NCBI GenBank assembly: GCA_044352465.1
Contig: JBILDU010000044.1
Coordinates: 1 to 22,675 of the forward strand
Length of the DNA: 22,675 nucleotides
From: Bdellovibrionota bacterium
Lineage (GTDB): Bacteria > Bdellovibrionota_C > UBA2361
Direction of reading: 5' to 3'
Below the pieces are notes generated by a model. That model saw only the letters and a list, made by a program, of their open reading frames with translations, did no database searches and was not told the DNA's origin. The position numbers were made by a program, and so were the translations under genes. This document shows, one piece after another, positions 1 to 7,494 of this stretch (positions are counted from its first letter, which is position 1; each line of letters opens with the position of its first letter).

Positions 1-1156
1 CACGCAGATCCTCCGGAACCTTAAAGCGAACTAACTCGCCACCCCGCGCGAAGAGACTGTCGACCGAGTCGCACGTCCCTCCGTGGAGTACCGCATCGAC
101 CAGCTTCCCCGTGAGGGGCTGCCCACCAAGCGGATCGGGGACTACCTCGATGTGGACCGGGGTCTTTCTATAGAGATGCCCCGCCAGATCGCTGTAGACG
201 CTCGACACCATAAACACCTCGAGGACCCCGTCGGTCCGCTGCCGCTTCACATTCGTAATCGAAGTGAGGGTCGGGAAATGTCCCAGAAGAAGCTGCCCCC
301 CCTCGATCTCGTACAGCGGCTTCGTCCCCGCCTGCACCCCCTCGAGGATTCCTTGCAGGCGTTGCACCGTGGTGGCGACACCGCCCATATATCCGTCGAT
401 AGTCTGACCAGCCTCTCCAAGCGAACGCGAATCAACGAGCCCACCGAGGATCTGCACCCGTTCGATCGAGCGTCCTACGGCGACGAACGAACGCGCGGCA
501 TGCCCCGCGGCCTCGATCAATCGCTCCCCCGACTCCGCCCCACGAAAACCATCGGCGACGGCGAACGAGAGTCCGAACGAGTTAAAACCGACCTCAGCGG
601 CGCGACGAAATATCGAATCCAAACGGCGGGGATTGACGAGCGGCTCATCGGGCGACTGCCGCACCAGGATCTGCAACGTCGGCTGCCACTCCGCGGTCGG
701 CACACACCCCGCTTTGATAAGGCTCTCCAACGCACTTAACGTGCCAACGGTCACCACCTTCGGTTGGATGTCGCGCGCAAGGCCGATGACATCGGGGAGC
801 GGAGCTCCCGAGGTAACCGAAATCGCAGCTCGAGGAACACCCAGCACCTGCAACCGCTCCAGGTGCGCCACACCCGAAGTTGAGAACTCGACTCCCGCCC
901 GCTGAAGACGTTCAACCACGAGCGGATCCGATTCCGAGGAGAGATCGTGCACGAGCGCCACACCCGGAAGAAGATTGCGGAACACCGCGATCCGCTCCTC
1001 CACCTCTTTCCACCGCACAAATCGCAGGGAGCCACACCCTTCGCCCCGGTCGCGCAGATACTGTATCTCTGGCTCGAAGTCCCGCGCCTCACGGGGAGGC
1101 AGCGCTGCGGAATCCGTAAGGTTGAGCGGGTCGCGTTTTTCCGGGTTAAGGCTCAT
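1..1156 (-). CDS. Fold-type III PLP (ornithine/DAP/arginine decarboxylase family) protein, apparently catalytically degenerate; partial, 3' end runs off the window
   Basis: Manual translation from ATG at 1156 (in-frame TAA just upstream) is open to the window edge (385 codons): MSLNPEKRDPL...RNLLPGVALVHDLSSESDPLVVERL...FSTSGVAHLERLQVLGVPRAAI...GLSFAVADG...VQILGGL...YEIEGGQLL...VFMVSSVYSDL...VLHGGTCDSVDSL. Motif order and spacing match ODC (LPRVTPFYAVKCN, FDCAS..E..LV..LGVP, GVSFHVGSG, LDIGGGF, EPGRY, DGVYGS, GPTCDGLD). Not in the supplied ORF track. Confidence 0.8.
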   Translation of the reverse strand, partial: MSLNPEKRDPLNLTDSAALPPREARDFEPEIQYLRDRGEGCGSLRFVRWKEVEERIAVFRNLLPGVALVHDLSSESDPLVVERLQRAGVEFSTSGVAHLERLQVLGVPRAAISVTSGAPLPDVIGLARDIQPKVVTVGTLSALESLIKAGCVPTAEWQPTLQILVRQSPDEPLVNPRRLDSIFRRAAEVGFNSFGLSFAVADGFRGAESGERLIEAAGHAARSFVAVGRSIERVQILGGLVDSRSLGEAGQTIDGYMGGVATTVQRLQGILEGVQAGTKPLYEIEGGQLLLGHFPTLTSITNVKRQRTDGVLEVFMVSSVYSDLAGHLYRKTPVHIEVVPDPLGGQPLTGKLVDAVLHGGTCDSVDSLFARGGELVRFKVPEDLR

Positions 1157-1391
1157 TCGAATTGCTCGTCCGAGGATAAACTTTTAATCCGTGGGGAAGT
1201 CAGCTTCTAATTGAAAAACATCCGGTGCTCTTGTATCCCGTTCGCTCCACTAAGGCGGAGAGGGTCCCGTATCTGCGGACTCATGGACCGACTGGATGGT
1301 ACCCCCTTTAGCGACTTCTACTCAAATAGCCAGGGAGGCCGATTTCCCCTGAATTGCGGGGATTATTCCTCATGAAAAACACCCAGTCTCC

Positions 1392-1418
1392 TCAATCGCC
1401 CACGCAACACCCCGAATA
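1392..1418 (+). promoter_or_regulatory. Possible sigma28-like promoter for the Ser/Thr kinase
   Basis: TCAA-N15-CCCGAATA versus consensus TAAA-N15-GCCGATAA; several mismatches. Confidence 0.25.
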
Positions 1419-1534
1419 TAAACCTTTTTCCCGACCCCCGGGAGGAGCCGCGCCGCCATCCCCCCTGCTGTTACATAGGATCAGCCGTTGTGGTAAAAAA
1501 CCAGGGGCTACTTTAGCGGCGCTTTAGAGCTATC

Positions 1535-4483
1535 GTGCCGGACGTCGTCTTCGTTACTATGCAACCACTCGGTCAATCTCCGAACGATCAATCCCCTCAT
1601 CGGGGCGACACTCCCGGCGGTGGGACAGGAAATCCACATCCGCAGGGTCCACCTCCGCCGTCACCACCACAAGATAACCCCCTCCTCTCCCTCGACGGAG
1701 TGAACTCGCTCGATCTCCGGGCTCACGACTTCGACCGCTCACTCAGCCCCGATTCGCAGAGTAGGAGTGGTCGCCAAGCTCGCCCCCCCCTCTCGCGAGA
1801 GGTCCCCGATATCATCGCCGACCTTGGAAACACCGAGAGGATTCGGAGCCAGTTTACTATCGAGTCCCTCCGCCCCCTCGGTAGTGGCGGCATGGGGGTC
1901 GTCGTGAGCGGCTTCGATCCGACCCTCAATCGTACCCAAGCGATTAAGGTACTCACCGCGAATCCCTCCCCGGAGGCGGTCGAGCGTTTTCGGGGCGAAG
2001 CTGCGCTCATCGCCGCGCTGAGCCACCCGAACCTCGTGAAGATCTACTCGTATGGAGTTTCGAACGAGGGCCGCCCGTTCTTCGTCATGGACCGCGTGGA
2101 ACAGGCGCGCACCCTCGATGCCGTGACCGAGAGCTACTTCGACGCGGCGGTCACCGATCCAACCACGGTCGAGTGGCGCAGCCGCGACCACCAGCTCGTA
2201 CGCTACTTCCTCGAGACGGTCCGGGCAGTCGAGCACCTCCACTCGCGCGGCATCATCCACCACGACTTAAAGCCCTCGAATATTCTGATATCGACCGAAA
2301 AGGCCCCCGCCGCTGACGGCTCCCCCGCAGAGCAACGCCGGGTCTTCGTCACCGACTTCGGATTAAGCACCTCGACCGATCTTACGAGCGCGCCCGCGGC
2401 TGGAAGCTCCCCCGCCGAAGCGCCCGGCTTTCGGGGAACCGTCGCCTACGCCGCGCCGGAGCAACTCCCCGGCCGTGGCCCGGTGACCCCCCGCACCGAT
2501 GTCTATCAGCTAGGTCTTATTTTGCGTCAGATCGTGCTGAACGAGGCTCCCTTTGAAACGGTCGGTGTCTCATCGGGGCGTGAGATCTTAAAGCGGCTTG
2601 GGGAGGCCCGCGATCCCGTTGCGCTCTACGGCGACCCACTCGCTACAAATCCCGCCCTCCCCCGCGAGCTTGTGGCGATCATTCACAAAGCTATCGCGGT
2701 CGATCCAGCGACCCGCTACGCAACCGCCGGCGAACTTCGCGCCGACCTCGAGGCGTTCCTCGACGGCCGATGGGTAGCAGGATTAGCCACCACCCTGCCG
2801 CTGAAAGACAAAGTTCCGTACGGACTCGACGTCACCCGCCGCACGATCGGTCGGTGGATCGGCGCAAACAAGGTGCTTGCGGCGGTGCTCGCCCTCACCG
2901 CAGCGGGAGGGGTCGGGGGCACAAAGTACCTCCTCGACCGGGAGAGCCAAGCTGCCACCGCGAAGCTTAACGAGGAGCGAGAGAAAGCGGAGCGCGCGCA
3001 GATTACCCTACTCACCGAACAAGCCCGCCAACGGGTGGCGGAGGCGCTTCCCCTGACCCGACAACTCGCCGACGCCGGGAACCTCCCCGCGGCGGTGGCG
3101 CTCGTACAGCCCGAGGTGGTGGCCGAGCTTCGAAGAAACGCCCACGGTGATAAAGAGATCCTCGACTCTCTCCAGGTCCTCGAGCGTGAAACCGCAGAGC
3201 GACGCTTGATCCTCGAACTACGAAAACTCGAGCTCAAAGCGTACGCCTCCGCCTTCGATGAGACCGGCCCCGCGATCCTGGGCAAATTCGACCTCGAAGC
3301 GCTCCGCGCCGCACGGGCGGTGTACCTCCCCGATGGACTCACCCCCGCCGGGATCGAAAAGTTCAAAAACTGGATGGAGGAGGTGCACTACACCCCGCGC
3401 CAACGCCGCGAGCTTATGGAGCGGCTTACCCAGCTCAGTATGATTATTATGTCGGTAGAAGGAGGTCGGGTCCCGTGGTCCGCCACTCTCACCCCCGAGG
3501 TTCGTGCGGCGAATAGAGCCACCTGCGACTCGATTCAGGCGGTCGCCGAGGGATGTCGGGTGCGTTCGGTGGAGTTGGAGGAGGGATTCGCGGCACCGAT
3601 GACTATCCACCGGGTCAAGTTCTTGATCGAGCGGGCGGAGAATCCAGATATTCCTAATCGTAGCCCGAATACCGCGATGCTCGGGTGCGACGAGTCGCTA
3701 TCGATGTTCTTCAACCTCTTCGGTCGAACGTACCCGCTCACCGAGGCTCAGATCGCCAAAGCTCTCCCCTATGCGGAGTCGGCACGGAACGCCAACAAAG
3801 ATTCCTTTCTCGATCACATCGTTTTTGCGCGACTAAGCCTCCTCGTAGAGGGGGAGCCTCCCAAGGAGCGCCTGAAGCGGCAAACCACCTCACTCGAATC
3901 GCTTCTCGTAGCTTTTGAGCAACTGAAGATCGCCGGGATAGACGATCATGCCGTTGTGCTTGAGATAATGAATCTCTCCACCGCCACGAACAAGTTATCG
4001 CTTAGCGTTCCCGCAACCGAGCGGCCCTTAGCGCGCGATACAGCTATCAAGGTGAGGGAGATTATAGGCTCCGATGGGAGGATTCGCGAAACTCCAGAGG
4101 GTCAACTCGCTCTTGGATTTCTGCTCGCGCGTGAGATGGTCGGTTCCGATTCGACCGAAGAGATGACCCGCGCGCTCCGCTCGATTCCTGCTTTCGCTGA
4201 GGACGCGATCTTCCTATCGGTGATGAATCGGATACGCCTCGATCACGTTCTCGACCGGGACGATGCGAAGCACCTCCTCGAGTCGGGGATTGAGGAACGT
4301 GCTCCCCTCCTCACCGTTCAATTGCTGTCCGAGCTAGGTCGTGTTGACGAGGCGATAGCTCTCCTCGAGAAGATAGACCAAGCTGACTCCGGGTGGGGAG
4401 AACACCTGAGAGCTCGCCCCTCAGCGCTACTCTCCCTTAGAAGAGCCTATCCCGACCGCTTCGAGCGGGTCATCGCTCCTTAA
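1535..4483 (+). CDS. Hanks-type (eukaryotic-like) Ser/Thr protein kinase with a predicted single TM helix and a long helical C-terminal region (start may be ATG 1559)
   Basis: Gly loop LGSGGMGVV, AIK lysine, alphaC Glu (RFRGEA), HPNLV, catalytic loop HHDLKPSN, DFG, GTVAYAAPEQ, DVYQLG, RY. Hydrophobic stretch VLAAVLALTAAGGVGG follows the kinase domain. Pro-rich disordered N-terminus. Confidence 0.93.
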   Translation: MPDVVFVTMQPLGQSPNDQSPHRGDTPGGGTGNPHPQGPPPPSPPQDNPLLSLDGVNSLDLRAHDFDRSLSPDSQSRSGRQARPPLSREVPDIIADLGNTERIRSQFTIESLRPLGSGGMGVVVSGFDPTLNRTQAIKVLTANPSPEAVERFRGEAALIAALSHPNLVKIYSYGVSNEGRPFFVMDRVEQARTLDAVTESYFDAAVTDPTTVEWRSRDHQLVRYFLETVRAVEHLHSRGIIHHDLKPSNILISTEKAPAADGSPAEQRRVFVTDFGLSTSTDLTSAPAAGSSPAEAPGFRGTVAYAAPEQLPGRGPVTPRTDVYQLGLILRQIVLNEAPFETVGVSSGREILKRLGEARDPVALYGDPLATNPALPRELVAIIHKAIAVDPATRYATAGELRADLEAFLDGRWVAGLATTLPLKDKVPYGLDVTRRTIGRWIGANKVLAAVLALTAAGGVGGTKYLLDRESQAATAKLNEEREKAERAQITLLTEQARQRVAEALPLTRQLADAGNLPAAVALVQPEVVAELRRNAHGDKEILDSLQVLERETAERRLILELRKLELKAYASAFDETGPAILGKFDLEALRAARAVYLPDGLTPAGIEKFKNWMEEVHYTPRQRRELMERLTQLSMIIMSVEGGRVPWSATLTPEVRAANRATCDSIQAVAEGCRVRSVELEEGFAAPMTIHRVKFLIERAENPDIPNRSPNTAMLGCDESLSMFFNLFGRTYPLTEAQIAKALPYAESARNANKDSFLDHIVFARLSLLVEGEPPKERLKRQTTSLESLLVAFEQLKIAGIDDHAVVLEIMNLSTATNKLSLSVPATERPLARDTAIKVREIIGSDGRIRETPEGQLALGFLLAREMVGSDSTEEMTRALRSIPAFAEDAIFLSVMNRIRLDHVLDRDDAKHLLESGIEERAPLLTVQLLSELGRVDEAIALLEKIDQADSGWGEHLRARPSALLSLRRAYPDRFERVIAP

Positions 4484-4509
4484 AAGTATCGCTCTACGAT
4501 TTTTTGTAG

Positions 4510-4764
4510 CTACCAGCCTTCATGTGGGTTGTAGTCGTCATCATCTCTAGCTGCTTGATTAACATTTACTTCCAGGGGTTCCTCCGCTGCCTGCTCATTC
4601 GTCGGTTTGCTAACAATCTGGACTGAATCCGTCGGGGGTTTGCCCCGACCACCAATCGTTTCTTCGATACTCCCCGCCTTCACCGCCGCAGCGAGAGCCG
4701 GAGCAGCGATGAAACACACCACCAACGCGCAGTACATGAACCGCGAACGAAACAACTTTTTCAC
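4510..4764 (-). CDS. Small putative secreted protein (84 aa)
   Basis: GTG start with strong SD (AGGAGG). Signal-peptide-like N-terminus (MKKLFRSRF-hydrophobic-ALA). Acidic C-terminus ending DDDDYNPHEGW. Near-consensus sigma28 promoter upstream. Confidence 0.75.
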   Translation of the reverse strand: MKKLFRSRFMYCALVVCFIAAPALAAAVKAGSIEETIGGRGKPPTDSVQIVSKPTNEQAAEEPLEVNVNQAARDDDDYNPHEGW

Positions 4765-4799
4765 GGCGACACCTCCTCTAGCAAAATCCTTAAGGTGTC

Positions 4800-4826
4800 A
4801 TATCGGCTTCTAGGGTGTTCCCTTTA
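4800..4826 (-). promoter_or_regulatory. sigma28 (FliA)-type promoter
   Basis: Minus strand TAAA-gggaacaccctagaa (15 nt)-GCCGATAT, one mismatch to TAAA-N15-GCCGATAA, about 35 nt upstream of the 4764 start. Confidence 0.75.
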
Positions 4827-4942
4827 CAATTGAGCGCTTTTTTTGCAAAAAACCATAAGATATTGAAATAAAGATAGATCTTCCGGGTTAAACCGGTGGC
4901 ACGGGACCCCTTCGATTCTTTTTTTAGGATTTAACCGGGCTA

Positions 4943-5956
4943 CTACATCTCGGGCATTTCACCGGGGGTCGTCTCCTCCCCGCGGTCGAGCCAGAAGGTA
5001 CGGCTCTTCGACTCCACCATAACCCGGACGTTACTTAAGAGCTGCTCGACCTCACCCCGACTGAGCCCGATCTGGTCCTCACCGAGTAGGGCCGGGGGCT
5101 TCGCCGAGCGATACACCGAGTCGATCCAGACCGCCGCCGCGCGAAGATGCGCCGCCCGCTGGTCCACCGCCCCCCGTAATCGACCGGGCGAGAGCCCCGT
5201 CACCAGCGCTATCGGCAGGGCACTTCCGTGGCCCATCCGTTGGAGAAACAGCGCCGCGACCTGGGCGTGCGAAAAACCCCAATTCGTAAGTTCGTATCCG
5301 ACATCGAACGAGAGTTGCCGGGCCCGGAGGTGTTCGTGGTACGGACGAAACCCCGCCGGATCACGAAACGCCAGATAACCGAGCGCCAGCGAGCGGAGAC
5401 TCCCCACGAGGAGCCCCGCGGCTCCACCCAATCCAGGCAGGCTAGTTCCGAGGTAATACCCGATATCCCCCCGGTGATGGGCGAGCTCCACGAACCCGCG
5501 CCACTGGGGGTTGTCTCCCGCGATACGGCTCACCCGTCGGTAAAAATAGAGGACCGAGAGGAACGCCGAGCACACCTCGAAATCCAAGATCTCGGTGAGC
5601 TCTCGGGGGGTCGGCGGCCGGCCGGTGGGAAGGCGTCCTGAATACAAGTTATTGGCTAGACGGGTCAGCCCGGAACGGAGGGAGGGGGTGCGAAGAAACT
5701 GGGCTACCACCCGATCCTTCACTCCTTTAAGCCGGAGGTCGTCTCCATGGGGGAGATTAAGTAACCTCACATAACCGCTCAGGGGGGAGAAACTTGGCCT
5801 CAGCTCATCGATAACTACAGCCGCGGAGCCCCAACCATCCGATTCCGTCGCGGAGGGGACTTCTACGGCTATGGCATTCGAATTACTCACACGCCGTTTG
5901 TATTCCGAGCAGCCTCCTTTGGCAAGTAAACCGATATTTGAGGCATGCCATACCAC
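4943..5956 (-). CDS. HDOD-like signal transduction protein (true start possibly downstream, e.g. GTG 5890)
   Basis: RLANN helix near the N-terminus, AAGLLVGSLRSLALGYL (position of GLLHDIG, HD residues absent), ELTNWGFSHAQVAALFLQRMG (E..xG.xH..vg..l...w pattern of HDOD domains). Confidence 0.6.
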   Translation of the reverse strand: MVWHASNIGLLAKGGCSEYKRRVSNSNAIAVEVPSATESDGWGSAAVVIDELRPSFSPLSGYVRLLNLPHGDDLRLKGVKDRVVAQFLRTPSLRSGLTRLANNLYSGRLPTGRPPTPRELTEILDFEVCSAFLSVLYFYRRVSRIAGDNPQWRGFVELAHHRGDIGYYLGTSLPGLGGAAGLLVGSLRSLALGYLAFRDPAGFRPYHEHLRARQLSFDVGYELTNWGFSHAQVAALFLQRMGHGSALPIALVTGLSPGRLRGAVDQRAAHLRAAAVWIDSVYRSAKPPALLGEDQIGLSRGEVEQLLSNVRVMVESKSRTFWLDRGEETTPGEMPEM

Positions 5957-6017
5957 TGTTCGAGCGAAAGGGGTGTGTAGCTATGTCGCCGTTATAGGGT
6001 GTTTTCGTTCGGTTTGT

Positions 6018-6048
6018 TTGACTAAGCCGCTGAAAGGAGGAGTATAGT
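6018..6048 (+). promoter_or_regulatory. Possible sigma70-type promoter for the transporter gene
   Basis: TTGACT-N19-TATAGT; spacer longer than optimal. Confidence 0.3.
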
Positions 6049-6091
6049 CGGGCAGGTTTTCGCTCGGACACCTAACAAAAGGAGCCTATCC

Positions 6092-6478
6092 ATGGATTTT
6101 CGAGCAATCATTTTTTCGGTAGCGGTCGCGCTGCTCTACGTCCTCGCCAACGTGCTCACCGAACGGAGCCTTGCTCCCGGTAAAGCACACCTGATGGCGT
6201 GGGTCAGCGCACTCGCCGTTGTGGCGTTCTTCGGGTTTCGGTTCGTCTGTCAGCACTACGGGCTGGCGGTGGCCTCGGCGGTAGTCGACTCGTTGTTGAC
6301 CCTGCTGACCGTGGCCTACGCTGTCTTCGTGCTCAAGGACCGGTTGTCGACGGTGCAGTACGTCGGCGTCTTCCTCCTTCTGGCTGGACTCTTCCTGGTG
6401 AAGGGACCGTGGTCAGGAGGCTCCTCTGAGGCCCAACCTGCTAAAAACGATGCAGGTCAGGTCTCGGAGCAGAAATAA
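6092..6478 (+). CDS. SMR/DMT-superfamily small 4-TM membrane transporter
   Basis: SD AAAGGAG. Four hydrophobic helices. GLAVASAVVDSL (cf. SMR PLGVAYAIWSG) and LKDRLSTVQYVGVFLLLAGLFLV (cf. FGE.LS..Q.LGI.LII.GV). Confidence 0.7.
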   Translation: MDFRAIIFSVAVALLYVLANVLTERSLAPGKAHLMAWVSALAVVAFFGFRFVCQHYGLAVASAVVDSLLTLLTVAYAVFVLKDRLSTVQYVGVFLLLAGLFLVKGPWSGGSSEAQPAKNDAGQVSEQK

Positions 6479-6573
6479 AGGGGGGCGAGAAGGTGCAACC
6501 CTCGGGCGGGTGAGACCTTTCTTTGAAAAGGCCTCCCCCCCGCTTTTTCCCTCGCTTTGATAAGGAGTGTGAG

Positions 6574-7413
6574 ATGTCCCCACAGCAGTTCGATAACGGT
6601 CGTCGCCCAAACGTTGATACGCAACAAACGCAATCGCAAGATTACAACGCACTCACGAATTTTACCCGTTTCTATCTCGATACCTACTATAAAGTCGCCC
6701 CAACGATCGATGAGGTCGCCATTAATCGATTCATCATTAAAGAGCTACGCGGGCTCGGTCGCCGCTTCGAAAACTGCGTTGAGATCAGCGGCGAAGGGGG
6801 GATTCACCATCTCATTCCGATCGCCCCATGGGTCGATCGGCTTCATTCGACCGATTTTCGTGAGGAGGCGCGGGAAGAGACCCGCAAGTGGGCACTCGGA
6901 ACCGCAGATGCCTTTTCATGGGATCATTATGTGGCGATGTCGCTTCGCCACGAGGGTCTCGATCCAAGCGAAGAAGCGGTTGAGGACCGAGTTGCGGAGA
7001 TACGGAATAAGATCGAGCGAATCGAAGGGTGTAACGTCCTTAACCGCCCGATAGTCGAGCTCGAGAAAATACCGCTTACCCCTGGCACATTAACCGTGAT
7101 GTTTTTCGTCTCCGGAGAGGTCGGTGAAACCGTTGAGGGGTGGCAAAAAGTCATGGAGAACTTTTGCGGTTCCATCGCCCCAGGTGGTCACGTGATCATC
7201 ACGGCGCTCCGTGGAATGAGGGAGTACGCGGTGCACCGCCCCGACGGGACTACCGATACCTACCCCTGCGCAGAGCTTTACGGCGACCATTTCCGTAAGC
7301 TCCTTCCAACCCTTGGATTTCCAAACCCGACGGTAGAGGAGTTCGAGATCGCGGAGCCCGACGTCGGGCTGAACGGAATCATCATGATTTCCGCAAACAA
7401 ATCGGAGGGTTAA
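6574..7413 (+). CDS. NNMT/PNMT/TEMT-family SAM-dependent methyltransferase
   Basis: SD TAAGGAG before ATG 6574 (preferred over TTG 6523). Colinear with NNMT motifs: YLDTYY (YLEKYY), STDFREEAREETRKW (VTDYSDQNLQELEKW), AFSWDHYV...HEG (AFDWSPVV...LEG), CNV (CDV), NFCGSIAPGGHVII (NLGSLLKPGGFLVI). Confidence 0.8.
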   Translation: MSPQQFDNGRRPNVDTQQTQSQDYNALTNFTRFYLDTYYKVAPTIDEVAINRFIIKELRGLGRRFENCVEISGEGGIHHLIPIAPWVDRLHSTDFREEAREETRKWALGTADAFSWDHYVAMSLRHEGLDPSEEAVEDRVAEIRNKIERIEGCNVLNRPIVELEKIPLTPGTLTVMFFVSGEVGETVEGWQKVMENFCGSIAPGGHVIITALRGMREYAVHRPDGTTDTYPCAELYGDHFRKLLPTLGFPNPTVEEFEIAEPDVGLNGIIMISANKSEG

Positions 7414-7494
7414 GACTGCCCGAGCCCGCTAAGATCGCGCTTTAGCGAAGCGCCCGTTCTGACGAATTCCCCGGGGGATTCACGGGAGAGGGCT

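Noticed and set aside
83..739. 218-aa plus-strand ORF (and the other short ORFs in 247-1210)
   Set aside because: Shadows of the minus-strand decarboxylase-fold gene; no motifs.
4882..4940. Imperfect inverted repeat CCGGGTTAAA...TTTAACCGGG and TGGCACG (possible sigma54 site)
   Set aside because: Arms are short and far apart; TGGCACG lacks the TTGC -12 element and has no downstream gene on that strand.
5990..6091. Guanidine riboswitch upstream of the SMR-like gene
   Set aside because: No paired ACGR-loop hairpins or other ykkC-type motif seen, and the protein lacks Gdx signature residues.
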